Below, in pieces: positions 29,787 to 43,799 of a stretch of DNA of 64,000 nt. Origin of the DNA: Octopus vulgaris. Lineage: Eukaryota. Made by a program: the position numbers and the translations under genes. The stretch is from assembly GCA_951406725.2 (NCBI GenBank), contig OX597840.1, positions 28,024,001-28,088,000 on the forward strand, written 5' to 3'. Under the pieces are notes generated by a model, which saw only the letters and a list, made by a program, of their open reading frames with translations, had not been told where the DNA came from and ran no database searches. The number at the start of each line of letters is the position of its first letter. Position 1 is the first letter of the stretch.

Positions 29787-30284
29787 TATATAGTCTACAT
29801 ACGTTTCTTAGCAAGTAGGCCCTCTAAAGTAATGATTACTCAACAAGTATGGTTTTGCTGATAAGGTCTTAATAACACTGAAACATACCCCGAGTCATTT
29901 CTTTTTGCTTTCTCAAATAATTGTAAATAATTGTAAATACTATTAGTTAGTGAATATTTTTGTCATAGTTTCAATGTTTTATTCTCTATACTGAGACAGA
30001 ATCACCGTGACACTCCGGTTGAAAAACTGGAGCCTGTGTATTACAGCTGTGTATTACAGTTTATCCATTGGGTTTTCACCACTTTTATCAACCTTCTTTT
30101 TATCCAATCAGCTGGGTTAGAAGGAGATTACGGTCAACGATGATTTCCAAACAAACCGTGAAAAGGAATCGAACCTGATTTCTCATGATTTGAAAAGCGA
30201 GCGTTTTTTTTAAGGTATCGATAATAGCTGAGACGATTGTAAACATATAGGGAGATTCATTTAAGATTATCAGGGCTCGTTATT

Positions 30285-30383
30285 GATGGAGAAGAAGGAG
30301 GAGGGAGAAGAAGAAGAGGAGGAGAGGAGGAGGATGGAGAAGAAGAAGAAGAAGAAGAGGAAGGAGAAGAGGAAGAAGAGGAA

Positions 30384-30428
<45 letters not shown>

Positions 30429-30438
30429 GATGATGATA

Positions 30439-30469
<31 letters not shown>

Positions 30470-31050
30470 CGACGACGACGATGATGATGATGATGATGAT
30501 GATGATGAAAAAGAAGAAGAAAAAGAAGAAGAAGAAGAAGAAGAAGAAGAAGAAGAAGAAGAAGAAGAGGAAGAGGGAGGAGAAGAAGATGGAGGGGGAG
30601 GAGGGGGAGGCGAATGAGGAGGAGAAGAAGTAGAAGAAGAAGAAGAAGAAGAAATGGAAGAAGAAGAAGAAGAAGAAGAAATGGAAGAAGGAGAAGAAGA
30701 AGAAGAAGAAGAAGAAGAACAACAACAACAACAACAACAACAACAAATGAACGACGATAAATGAGGTCAATGACTGTCAGATAGTTGATGTGTCATTACT
30801 AAATTAGGGAGGACATCAATTAATTAGGATTGTAATTGAGTAGAACGGTGGTGGTGGTGGTGGTGGTGGTGGTGGTGGTGGTGGCGGCGGCAATGGTAGT
30901 GGTGGTGATGGTGGTGGTGGTGGTGGTTGTGAGTTTCGTGATGACAGTGCTGCTGCTGATGGTGATGGTGGCGGTGACGATGATGACGATGGTGACGGTG
31001 ATGATAGTGGTGACGGTGATGATGATGATGGTGGTGGTGGTAGTAGTGTT
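30285..31050. repeat. (GAA)/(GAT)/(CAA) and (GGT/GAT) microsatellites
   Basis: Seen directly. Confidence 0.95.
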
Positions 31051-31389
31051 GGTTAGGGTCGTAGCAGTAATTACGTTGGTGCTGATAAATAAGGGTATTT
31101 TTGGATTTTCGCGGTGACGGTATGGTGGTGGTGGCGGTGGCGGTGGTTTAACCCTGGGCTGGCCTTGGTCCATCACACACAAACATACTCAACTTCGTTT
31201 CCAGTCACAGTCCTCCCACGTGACTCGTTGCATTATGCTTTATTTGTCTTGTTATATTATGTTGGAAGAATCCAGCAGTGTGACGTCACTGGAACTGTAA
31301 AAATCTGTAAAACTTTCCAGAAGTTTATCATTTAAATATATATATGAGCATGTCTCTATATGCAACTATATGCATGAGAAGACATATAT

Positions 31390-31675
31390 AAAACATACAT
31401 ATATACATACATACATACATACATACATACATACATACATACATACGTACGTACGTACATACATACATGCATACGTACATATATATATATGCAATTATAT
31501 GCATGAGAATACATACATAAAACAAAGTGTACAAATCTGCACAACTGCATACATACATACATACATACATACATACATACATACATACATACATACATAC
31601 ATACATGCATACATACATATACATATATACATACATACATACATACTTGCATACATACATACATACATACATACA

Positions 31676-31706
<31 letters not shown>

Positions 31707-31944
31707 CATGCATACATACATATACATATATACATACATACATACATACAAACATACATGCATACATACATGCATACATACAAACACACATACATACATA
31801 GATACATTTATACATACAAAAATATCCTCTTGTTTTTGTTGAAATTCCAATGAAGGAGCCTTGGGTTTAGGTTAGAAACCGGTTCTTTCTCTATTGGCAA
31901 GAAATCTTGAATTAAAACTGAACGACATACATACATACATACAT

Positions 31945-31975
<31 letters not shown>

Positions 31976-32228
31976 CATACATGCATACATACATACATGC
32001 ATACATGCATACATACATACATACATGCATACATACATACATAAATACATACACACACACATGTATACATACACACATACATGCATACTTACATACATCC
32101 ATACATACATACATACATACTTACATACATACATACATACACACACATACATACATACATACATACATACATACATACATAAATACATACATACACACAC
32201 ATACATACATACATACATACACACATAT
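31390..32228. repeat. (CATA)n arrays
   Basis: Seen directly. Confidence 0.95.
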
Positions 32229-32727
32229 TTGCATCGTGTTTTAGGTCTACACGATATGATTACACACAAACTCACATGCGTGTAGAAGCATACGTGTATA
32301 TATAAGTATGTATACATTATATCAACCAGAAAGTCTACGCATTTGCGTATAATCCCTCCCCCACGTGGTTCTTACATCTAATTAGCAATGTCTCAACACA
32401 CGACATTCATTTCGCTAATAAATCGTTCTCTTTAAATCTTCGTTCATCGATTATTTTCGATAATGAAGACAAGATTGATCCTTGGAACAACCAAAGAACA
32501 GAAGAAACAAACAAAAAAAAAAAAATACAAATATTTTCTGCTGGAATTAATTGACACTCAACAAAAACCACTACGTATACGACAGATTGATATTAATTGG
32601 GAGAATTCATAAATAAATTATACGCAGAGAAATGTAACTTCGTGATGTTGGTGTTGGCGGGGGGAGTGCAGGAATGTCACAAAATACACACACACACGTA
32701 TGTATATATGTATATATATATATACAC

Positions 32728-32761
<34 letters not shown>

Positions 32762-33139
32762 TGCGGCCATGCTGACACGCCATATCGAGCAAATCGACCC
32801 CGGGACTTATTCTTTGTAAGCATACATTCTATCGGTCTCTTTTGCCGAACCGCTAAGCATACATTATTCATACAAATATATGCATTTATATGAGTCTGTC
32901 TGTCTGTCAGTCTATCTATCTATCTATATATATATATATCCATCCCTCTCTTTCTCTCCCTCTGTATGTATATATATATATATATATATACATACACACA
33001 CACATATACACATATATGTGTGTGTGTATACGTACATATATGTAAATATATACATATAAATATACGTATATATATATATGTATATATATAATTTCTTTTC
33101 CTCAACATAATTTCCTGCAACATAATTTCTTTTCCTCAA

Positions 33140-33446
33140 CAGACCCTGCCCTATTTAACATTGTCCCGAGGGAGATCAAAGAGGGAAAGGATCCCATCAA
33201 CTTTAAACAGAGTCTGGATAGATTCCTTCAAAGAATACCAGATAAGCCACCCATAATTGGATACAACTCACCCAACAAGAACTCACTACTTGAACAAAAC
33301 TGGATACAACTCACCCAACAAGAACTCACTACTTGAACAAAACTTGACTTAAACAGGATTCGAATAATCCTATCAGGTGATGCTATTAAGTTAGACATGG
33401 CCTGGACCAATCTTTGGTCGAAACATATCTAAGTTTTTCTAAGTTT
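33140..33446 (+). mobile_element. CR1/L2-group LINE 3' end
   Basis: PALFNIVPREIKEGKDPINFKQSLDRFLQRIPDKPPIIGYNSPNKNSLLE matches the C-terminal LFN.LP...FK..LD.FL..IPD.P pattern; tandem duplication of about 43 bp; terminal stem-loop and (ctaagttt) repeats. Confidence 0.75.
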
Positions 33447-33457
33447 ATATATATATA

Positions 33458-33852
33458 TCTTTATATATAAAAGAGAAGTTGTGTGTCTGTCTCCTACGAT
33501 TTAGATTCCTAACTACTTCCACATTTTGTGGTGCAGTTTAACCAAAACCGGGTATCTTATAGTCGTGATTCATATCGAGCCCTTCTGGGTATTAGCGCGC
33601 GTCTACGATGAGTCTACGATTTTAAAAAAATTACCATCATTTTTTTTCCATTTTAATGCATTTTCGCTATTATATAAGGGAAGTAACTCTCTAAAAATGT
33701 CTACGATGAGTCAACGAATTAAAAAAAAAATTACCATCATTTTTTTTCCATTTTTAATGCATTTTTTTGCTATCTTTTGGCTATAACTCTCTAAAAATGC
33801 TTATATAGTTATTTCCCTTACAAACCCGAGCAACGCCGGGCGATACTGCTAG
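33458..33852 (+). mobile_element. Non-autonomous Helitron
   Basis: A|TCTTTATATATAAAAG 5' end; subterminal hairpin CCCGaGCaacGCCGGG (33825-33840); CTAG|T 3' end; no TSD; internal duplication of about 98 bp. Confidence 0.88.
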
Positions 33853-34116
33853 TATATATATATATATGTACGTATTCTTCTGGTCATTCATCATGTTAAA
33901 CTGTTAATCCCTACATGCTTTTATCCTCTTTCCGTCTTTTACTTTCTCTGTCCCTTTTTTCCCCCTCTCATCCTTTTCTGTCGAAGAGCGTTTGGCGCGC
34001 AACGTCAAAGACTTTTGCATTCTTCTCGAGCGTCAAACTAATACACTATCATGATCGATAAAGTCCAACCTAGCACTGTCTTTATCTGTGTACCGTTAAG
34101 CCGGATATGAGGCCAA

Positions 34117-35258
34117 GGGCGGCGAGGTGGCAGAAAAGTTAGCATGTCGGGCGAAATGCTTAGCAGTATTTCGTCTGCCCTTACGTTCTGAGTTCAAATT
34201 CAGCCGAGGTTGACTTTACCTTTCATCCTTTCGGGGTCGATTAAATAAGTACCATTTACACACTGGGGTCGATGTAATCGACTTAATCCGTTTGTCTTAC
34301 TTTGTTTGTCCCCTCTATATTTAGCCCCTTGTGGGCAATAAAGAAACAGGTATTTCGTCCGTCTTTACGTTCTGAGTTCAAATTCCGCCGAGGTCGACTT
34401 TGCCTTTCATCCTTTCGGAGGTCGATTAAATAACTTACCAGTTACGCACTGGGGTCGGTATAATCGACTTAATCCATTTGTCTTACCTTGTTTGTCCCCT
34501 CTGTGTTTAGTCCCTTGTGGGCAATAAAGAAATAGGTATTTCGTCCGTCTTTACGTTCTGAGTTCAAATTCCGCCGAGGTCGACTTTGCCTTTCATCCTT
34601 TCGGAGGTCGATTAAATAACTTACCAGTTACGCACTGGGGTCGGTATAATCGACTTAATCCATTTGTCTTACCTTGTTTGTCCCCTCTGTGTTTAGTCCC
34701 TTGTGGGCAATAAAGAAACAGGTATTTCGTCCGTCTTTACGTTCTGAGTTCAAATTCCGCCGAGGTCGACTTTGCCTTTCATCCTTTCGGAGGTCGATTA
34801 AATAACTTACCAGTTACGTACTGGGGTCGGTATAATCGACTTAATCCATTTGTCTTACTTTGTTTGTCCCCTCTGTGTTTAGTCCCTTGTGGGCAATAAA
34901 GAAATAGGTATTTCGTCCGTCTTTACGTTCTGAGTTCAAATTCCGCGGAGGTCGACTTTGCCTTTCATCCTTTCGGAGGTCGATTAAATAACTTACCAGT
35001 TACGCACTGGGGTCGGTATAATCGACTTAATCCATTTGTCTTACCTTGTTTGTCCCCTCTGTGTTTAGTCCCTTGTGGGCAATAAAGAAACAGGTATTTC
35101 GTCCGTCTTTACGTTGTGAGGTCAAATTCCGCCGAGGTCGACTTTGCCTTTCATCCTTTCGGGGTTGATAAAATAAGTACCAGTTGTGTATTGGGGTCGA
35201 TCTAATAGACTGGCCCCCGCCTGCGAAATTTCGGGCCTTGTGTCTAGAGTAGAAAAGT
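34117..35258 (+). mobile_element. SINE family A concatemer: one head plus six bodies (186-bp period), 12-bp TSD
   Basis: Units start at 34165, 34349, 34535, 34721, 34907 and 35093; ATATGAGGCCAA at 34105-34116 and 35259-35270. Confidence 0.95.
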
Positions 35259-35442
35259 ATATGAGGCCAAAGTATATGAGGCTACCGCAGATTGGAGAAG
35301 CGATGAAACGTTGTGTTGTGTTACTTCTCGTCGTTATTGCCGCGCGCTTTTCCAGTTGTGAATGTGTGTTTCTGTGTGTGTGAGGAAGAGTGAGTGAGTG
35401 TCTGTGTGTGTGTATATATGTATCCTCTTCTTATGTTCTTAG

Positions 35443-35493
<51 letters not shown>

Positions 35494-35509
35494 ATATTTC
35501 GGAATGGTC

Positions 35510-35543
<34 letters not shown>

Positions 35544-35718
35544 GTATATGCATACATGCACAAATATTTAAACGTATATATATATATATATACACATACA
35601 CACACACATATATATATATATATGTTGTACAGAAAGACAGTCTGTAAGATAGACAGTCAGGAAGACAGACAGACAGGCTGATTGAGAGAGAGAGTGGGTA
35701 CTAAACAGATAGACAGAC

Positions 35719-35797
<79 letters not shown>

Positions 35798-35818
35798 CAG
35801 ATAGAGAGATAGACAGAC

Positions 35819-35904
<86 letters not shown>

Positions 35905-36064
35905 GGAGAGAGAGAGAGAGGAACATATATATATACATATACATATATATATGAATATATACATACATCTGTGTCTATAAATACATATATATATATATAT
36001 GTATGTATGTATATGCATACATGCACACATATATACATACACAACTCTGTTTGTATGTGTGTGT

Positions 36065-36372
36065 GCGTGTGCAACCACACGTATATTGCGCACTCTCCTG
36101 TCATAAATGATAGATGAGCGTTGAGCGGTGTGTTGTTGGACAACCTGCACAAATGGTTTTGTTTGTAGATGAAGCAATGTTTGTGTTTCCCATCCACTCC
36201 CCCCCTTACCAAATCGACGTTTCCCGAACAGGTGCACCGTGTGCTACACGTCAGGTGTCGAAGTGGATCGCAGAGCAACGTGAAACGAAGTGCTTTGCTC
36301 AAGAACATACACCACAACGCCCAACCCAAGATTCGAAACTACGATCGCAAGATAGCGATTGTAACACCCTCA
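36065..36372 (-). mobile_element. Older tRNA-derived CORE-like SINE
   Basis: Minus strand gtagtttcgaatc B-box-like segment, then gttcttgagcaaagcacttcgtttcacgttgctc CORE-like segment. Confidence 0.55.
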
Positions 36373-36375
36373 TGT

Positions 36376-36844
<469 letters not shown>

Positions 36845-36864
36845 ATAAATATAATCCCCTTTTT

Positions 36865-36926
36865 TAAAAATCACTTTTCCTTGTGGAGGGATTTGCCATG
36901 CAGAAACTGAAAGAAAGGCATCCTAA

Positions 36927-36974
<48 letters not shown>

Positions 36975-37215
36975 TATACACACATACACACACACGTGTG
37001 TGTATGTATGTATTTGTGTGTCTACGTTTGTCCTTCCACCATCGCTTGACAACCAATGCTGGTGTGTTTACGTCCTCGAAACTTACCACTTCGTCAAAAG
37101 AGACCGGTAGAATTTGTACTAAGGTTACGAAAAATAAGTCTTGGGTTCGATTTGTTCGATTAAAAGCAGTGCTACACCCTGGCCGCGTTCAAATGACTGA
37201 AATGCGTAAGAGAAA
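36865..37215 (+). mobile_element. SINE family B, 5'-truncated and diverged
   Basis: gaaactgaaagaa...cgcttgacaacc...aaatgactgaaa. Confidence 0.8.
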
Positions 37216-37222
37216 AAAAAAA

Positions 37223-37266
<44 letters not shown>

Positions 37267-37303
37267 GGAAAGAAACTTGGATGGATGGATGGATGGATGG
37301 ATG

Positions 37304-37372
<69 letters not shown>

Positions 37373-38079
37373 TTGGATGGATAGATAGATGCTTACATAC
37401 GTACACACCTACATATATTTATATATATACACATGTATTTTTATATACATATATGCATATACATATGTGTGTATATGTGTGCGTGTATATACATGTATAT
37501 ATACATCTGTTTGTTCGTATGTGTGTGTTCGTGTGTGTGTGCATGTGTGCATGTATGTGTGTGTGTGTGTGTCTTGCTATACGAGTGTGTGTCCGTACCT
37601 ATATTTTCAAGCGGATATCCTGGCGAATATTCCTGTGGAAATTTCCATATTCAGAGGTTTCTCTCCGGAGGGGAATCGTTGCGGTTTTAATGGATAAACC
37701 CGTAAGTCACTAAATGAAAGGTTAAACCATATTAACCCTTTCATATTCACTTACCTGCTGGCCATTCTTTTACGCTCAGGTGAAATGAAAACTGATAATG
37801 AGCCTCGAGGTTACGTTTTATCCAATAATTTTTATTCTTTCCTATCTGAGACGGAAGGAGAGGTATATCTTGCATGTATCAATTTAATATCCCTTTCTAA
37901 GTCCCTATTTAATGACATGCATATTGCAGGTCCCTATTTTTATTGTCAGTTGTTGGTTCTTGATCCCTATCTTTCGAGAAAGCCACTCTGTTTTATCGCA
38001 TATCGCGTTAATTTGATTTACAAAATGATGTCAAATCGCGTGTTCTGTAATGTATTCCAAAGGATCACTGGGAGTAGGA

Positions 38080-38870
38080 GGTGAAGATTTGGGTGTGGTG
38101 AGAGGTGGGAGTGAAAGAGAGTGGGAGATAGTGGGATGGGTGGGAGTAGTGGGAGGTGTACAGAGTCGGTGAGGGGAGATCAAGAGGGGGAGGGAGACTG
38201 AATGGGAGGGAGGGAGAGGGAGACGGGATTAGAGGGAGTAAGAAGAAAATTGACATAGGGAGAAAGAGAGAGAGAGAGAGAGAGTGAATAATAATGAGAG
38301 TGACTGAGTGACATAGAGAGAGAGGGAGAGGAAGAGAAAGAAGAAGACGGAGTCGGAAGTGAATGCGGGAGAATGAGAGAGAGAGAGAGAGAGAGACTGC
38401 CATAGAGAGAAAGAGAGAGACTGAATGACATAGAGAGAGATAGAGAAAGAGACATAGAGAGAGAGAGAGAGAGAGACATATTGATACAAACAGGGAGAGA
38501 AATATAAGCACAGACTGGGGAGCGAGAGAGAGAGAGAGACTAAGAAAAGAGAGAAAGAGAGAGAGAGAAAAGCTAAGAAAAGAGAGAAAGAGAGAGAGAG
38601 AGAGAAACGAAGACAAGAGTGAAAGAAAGAGAAAGAGAAACTAAGAAAAGAGAGAAAGAGAGAGAGAGAGAGAGAAACTAAGTAAAGAGAGAGACTAAGA
38701 AAAGAGAGAAAGAGAGAGAGAGAAACGAAGAAAAGAGAGAGATAAAGACAGACAGTCAGATAGAGAGAAACAAGGAAAGAGGGGAAGTGAGATAGACAGA
38801 AAATAGGCAGATAGAAGGGAGAGACAAAGAGAGAGGGTAAATAGCGGGTTAGAGAGAGAGAGGGGGAGGC
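38080..38870. repeat. (GA)n purine-rich tract
   Basis: Seen directly. Confidence 0.9.
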
Positions 38871-39246
38871 AGCGACCGAGAAAACCCGGGTGGAGAGGGT
38901 CGTAGCACAATGTCAGGTGCGAGGTTGTACGATGCGTGCAGAGTTTTCTGTGCAGTGAAATGTATGAAGAAATCTGTGGTGCAGCTGGAGTGTTGGGTTG
39001 GAGTATTAGCAGTGGTGATGGTGGTGGTGGTAGTGGCAGCTGCGGTGGGGGGTTGTCATCATCAAGGTCGGTGAGAGAGTGAGAGGGGGGAGTTAAGGAT
39101 TGGTAGACGGTAGCAGCAAGTCCCGCGCCAAACGGCGCACTCACTGCAAACAAGCACCAACGACAATCCTTTGGCAGCACAGATGCGTTCGCGTCTCGGT
39201 GTGAACTGTTAACACACCGACGCAATTAAATTTACTTCATTTTGCT

Positions 39247-40177
39247 GCAGGCAAGAAGCTCCCTTGGCAAACACGTGGTCTCGGTTTCAATCCCTCTGTG
39301 AGGAAACTTGGGCAAGTGGCCTCTGCGGCGAGCTGGCAGAACCGTTAGCACGCCGGGCGAAATGCTTAGCGGTATTTCGTCTGCCGTTACGTTCTGAGTT
39401 CAAATTCCACTGAGGTCGACTTTGCTTTTCATCATTTCGGGGTCGATAAATTAAGTACCAGTTACACACCAGTGTGTAACTGGTACATATAATCAATTTA
39501 ATACTTATGTCTGTCCTTGTTTGTCCCCTCTATGTTTAGCCCCTTGTGGGTAATAAAGAAATAGGTATTTCGTCTGCCGCTACGTTCTGAGTTCAAATTC
39601 CGCCGAGGTCGACATTACCTTTCATCCTTTCGGGGTCGATTAAATAAGTACCAGTTACGCACTGGAGTCGATGTAATCGACTTAATACCTATGTCTGTCC
39701 ATGTTTGTCTCCTCTATGTTTAGCCCCTTGTGGGTAATAAAGAAATAGGTATTTCGTCTGCCGTTACGTTGAGTTCAAATTCCGCCGAGGTCGACTTTGC
39801 CTTTCATTTCGGGGTCGATAAATTAAGTACCAGTTACGCACTGGGGGTCGATATAATCGATTTAATACCTATGTCTGTCCTTGTTTGTCCCCTCTATGTT
39901 TAGCCCCTTGTGGGTAATAAAGAACTAGGTATTTCGTCTGCCGTTACGTTGTGAGTTCAAATTCCGCCGAGGTCGACTTTGCCTTTCATCCTTTCGGAGT
40001 CGATTAAATAAGTACCAGTTACGCACTGGGGTCGATATAATCGACTTGATCCGTTGTCTGTCCTTGTTTGTCCCCTCTGTGTTTAGTCCCTTGTGGGTAG
40101 TAAAGAAATAGATATTGCAACGGGCAGACCAATGCCCTGTGAGTAGATCTGGCGGACGGAAATCGTGTGGAAGTACG

Positions 40178-40220
<43 letters not shown>

Positions 40221-40480
40221 AACACACACACACACATACACACACATGAGCGGGTGTGGGTGAGTGTGCCTCGTTGTGCATGTGTTTGTCACTTCATGCC
40301 ACCGCTTCACAACCGGTGTTTTTTTGTTTACGTCCCTGTAACTTGGCGGTTCATTAAAAGAGACCGATAGAATAAGCGCCGATCTTAAATCAAACCCTGT
40401 TTGATTTATTCGACTAATAATCTTCGAAGCTGTGCCCCAGCATGACCGCAACCCAACGCCTGAAACAACTAAAAAAGAAA
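39247..40480 (+). mobile_element. Old SINE family B copy interrupted by a family A concatemer
   Basis: cttgggcaagtg before the insert; gaccaatgccctgtgagtagat...ccagcatgaccgca...ctgaaacaa after it. Confidence 0.7.
39325..40110 (+). mobile_element. SINE family A concatemer: head plus four bodies
   Basis: Units start ggtatttcgtc at 39371, 39564, 39748 and 39928. Confidence 0.95.
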
Positions 40481-41076
40481 AGCTAAAAGAAGCATCCTGG
40501 ATCTCCGACGTTGAGTGACGATGATTCCGGTGCCAACATTGCAAAGAGGGTAGATATATAGACGGGAGAGGTTGATTTCATCTTTAAGAACATGGTCGTA
40601 GAAGGTCCTTCTCCATCTGCAGACTTTTTATCAGTATAAAAATGAGTATAAAAATGTGCATTGTCTGTTTAATTAAAAAATTCTATATGTGGCTGAAGAT
40701 TGCTCTGCATTTTAAAACTGATGTTATACTTACATTAATAAATAAAATGATGTTGCATGAAACGATTGTACCACACTACCTTGGATATCCTTGTTGCTTA
40801 TTTTGATTATGTATATACACATACACATATATATATATATAATAAGAAAATGGAGGTATAGATTTCTATCAATCATCAACTACTACATGGCCTTGCTATT
40901 TGCTTTTGAGCCAAATTAACTAACTAACTAACTAACTACTAGATAATACCAATTCATATACTTTATTAACTAATTATTTAGGAACATCCAGATCAAACAT
41001 AATAATACAGAATAAAACAGTACACATCAATGAGTAAGATAATACCATAAGAACAATACATATAAATATAAAATGG

Positions 41077-41202
41077 ATCTTACAGCTGTTTCAGCCTGTA
41101 GATAAGAGTATCACATTATGCTCATATTAGTCAGATGTATTAAGGTAATATTCGGTTATAAATGAGTTACTTATATATATATCTCAATGCCTCGTCAGAG
41201 AT
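41077..41202 (-). ncRNA. Type I hammerhead ribozyme with a stem II domain of about 100 nt
   Basis: Minus strand ATCT-CTGACGA-GGCATTGAGATA...TATCTACAGGCT-GAAAC-AGCT-GTA-AGAT. Confidence 0.75.
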
Positions 41203-41286
41203 TATAAAGTATTAGCCTTTCTGGGTACTTTACTGGCAGTATATTGGATAAATGTGGGTTACACTCACAACCCCTATCTCACTTTG

Positions 41287-41343
<57 letters not shown>

Positions 41344-41544
41344 CATAGACATATAGATATAAATATATATATATATACATAGACATATAGATATAAATAT
41401 ATACATATGTATGTATGTATGTATGTATGTATTCAATTATGAATAAACATATACTTATATATTTCGTATTTGGATTTGGTTTGCAAGATCTTAAAGGGCT
41501 TTAGACGAAAAAAAATAACCCCTGCTCTTTTGTCATATATTTCG

Positions 41545-41901
41545 TAATTCTGCCATCGGTTTCTTTTTACCGAACCGCTAGTTTACGCCAACGTAAACAA
41601 ACTGACACCGGTTCTCAACCAGTATGTAAACAAACACAGAGACAACGACACACACAAATACATACACACACACACACACGCAGACATACACATATACCCA
41701 CGTATATACACACACATATTTGTATATAGAAACGAAGGGGTTTCCACTCAGTTTCCGTCAACCAAATTCACCCACCTGACAGTAACAGGCCCCGGGGGCT
41801 TTAGTAGAAGACACTAGCCTCGTTTGCCTCGAAGAGGGACAGAACCCAAAACCACATGGTTGCTAAGCGAGCTCCTTAACCACACAACTATTACCTGTAC
41901 C
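41545..41901 (-). mobile_element. SINE family B, diverged
   Basis: cgaaccgcta...cagtttccgtc.accaaatt...agaagacact...accatggttg. Confidence 0.8.
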
Positions 41902-42094
41902 TAAAATCTAAATAATTCCACCCTATAAAATAAATTTTAGAATTACTCAGCAAAGTGTCGGCTGTTTGCAATATTGAAACGGCGATGCTAATAAATGTTG
42001 ATAGGATTGCCCTGGGATAAATCTTGTGAACATTACAGCAAATTATATTAAATTATATTAGCCATTATATGATAATATAATATATATTAAGCTA

Positions 42095-42117
42095 TATTAT
42101 TATTGTTATTATTGTTG

Positions 42118-42159
<42 letters not shown>

Positions 42160-42270
42160 TTATTATTGACGTTGTCGTTATTGCCCCTCTTCTTCTTCAT
42201 ATTCTTTTTCTTCTTCTTCTTCTTCTTCTTCATATTCTTCTTCTTCTTCTTCATATTCTTCTTCTTCTTC

Positions 42271-42309
<39 letters not shown>

Positions 42310-42370
42310 TTTCTTCTTCTTCTTCTTCTTCTTATTCTTCTTCTTCTTCTTCATATTCTTCTTCTTCTTC

Positions 42371-42415
<45 letters not shown>

Positions 42416-42725
42416 TTCCTCTTCTTCTTCTTCTTCTTCTTCTTCTTCTTCTTCTTCTTCTTCTTCTTCTTCATATTCTTCTTCTTCTTCTTCTTCTTCT
42501 TCGTCGTCGTCTTCTTCTTCTTCATATTCTTCTTCCTCTTCATCTTTTTCTTCTTCATCTTCTTCCTCTCCTTCATCTTCCTCTTCTTCGCCTTCTTCTT
42601 CATCATCATCATCATCTTCTTCTTCTTCTTCTTCTTCTTCTTCTTCTTCTTCTTCTTCTTCTTCTTCATCACCTTCTCCTCGTCGCTGTTTTTGTTGTTG
42701 TTGTTGCTATCGTTGTTATTATTAT
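42095..42725. repeat. (ATT)/(CTT)/(CAT) compound microsatellite
   Basis: Seen directly. Confidence 0.95.
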
Positions 42726-43250
42726 GATATTCTTAATTTCTCGCAGTTTCCAGTTGTCATTTGCAATGAAAGCGAAACCACAAGACGTGTGTGATTTCGT
42801 TAAGTGGTTGCAGAAAAGTTATTAGAGTGAAATATTAGAGAAATAAGCCTACAAAAGATGGCGGCCACGAACAGAGACTGTAAACAATATGGTGACGTTA
42901 TTCGCTATGATATATATATATACGTAACGCTAAGAAATGGATCCCGTACTGGTTTCGAGCGACAGGCATTCCACGTCTCTTATCAACTGGACGGCCTGTT
43001 TACTTTCTTATAGTGTTTGTGCGTTAATGGATAAGTGTATCGATAGATTAAAATGTGCAGACTTCAGATACACATGTAAGCATAAACCGCAATCGCCCGT
43101 ATGTATATCTGTGATTAAAAAGCTCGCCTTGTAGCTAATTGTCTTCGGGTTCAGTTCAACCGCGTTGTACCTTAGGCAAATCTCTTCAGCTATGTCACCG
43201 GATGGGCTAATATATACATACATACATACATACATACATACATACATACA

Positions 43251-43297
<47 letters not shown>

Positions 43298-43298
<1 letters not shown>

Positions 43299-43497
43299 CT
43301 CTTTACTCTTTTACTCTTATATTTGTTTCAGTCATTTGACTGCGGCCATGCTGGAGCACCGCCTTTAGTCGAACAAATCGACCCCGGGACTTATTCTTTG
43401 TAAGCCCAGTACTTATTCTATCGGTTTCTTTTGCCGAACCGCTAAGTGACGGGGACGTAAACACACTAGGGGGACAAACACAGACACACAAACATAT

Positions 43498-43572
<75 letters not shown>

Positions 43573-43737
43573 TACGACAGGCTTCTTTCAGTTTCCGTCT
43601 ACCAAATCCACTCACAAGGCATTGGTCGGCCCGAGGCTATAGCAGAAGACACTCGCCCAAGATGACACGCAGTGGGACTGAACCCGGAACCATGTGGTTG
43701 GTAAGCAAGCTACTTACCACACAGCCACTCCTGCGCC
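43298..43737 (-). mobile_element. SINE family B
   Basis: Full-length with a small internal deletion. Confidence 0.9.
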
Positions 43738-43746
43738 TATATGCGC

Positions 43747-43793
<47 letters not shown>

Positions 43794-43799
43794 TATGTT

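Noticed and set aside
34341-34356. AG|GT at concatemer junctions as evidence of a circularised spliceosomal intron
   Set aside because: Monomers end at gaaata and the G belongs to the next unit; there is no polypyrimidine tract directly before the AG
34117-35258. CRISPR-like or satellite array
   Set aside because: Units are contiguous SINE bodies without unique spacers, in a eukaryotic context
38695-39225. 176-aa minus-strand ORF in GC-richer sequence
   Set aside because: Non-ATG start, partly (CT)n-derived, no domain resemblance or clear splice signals
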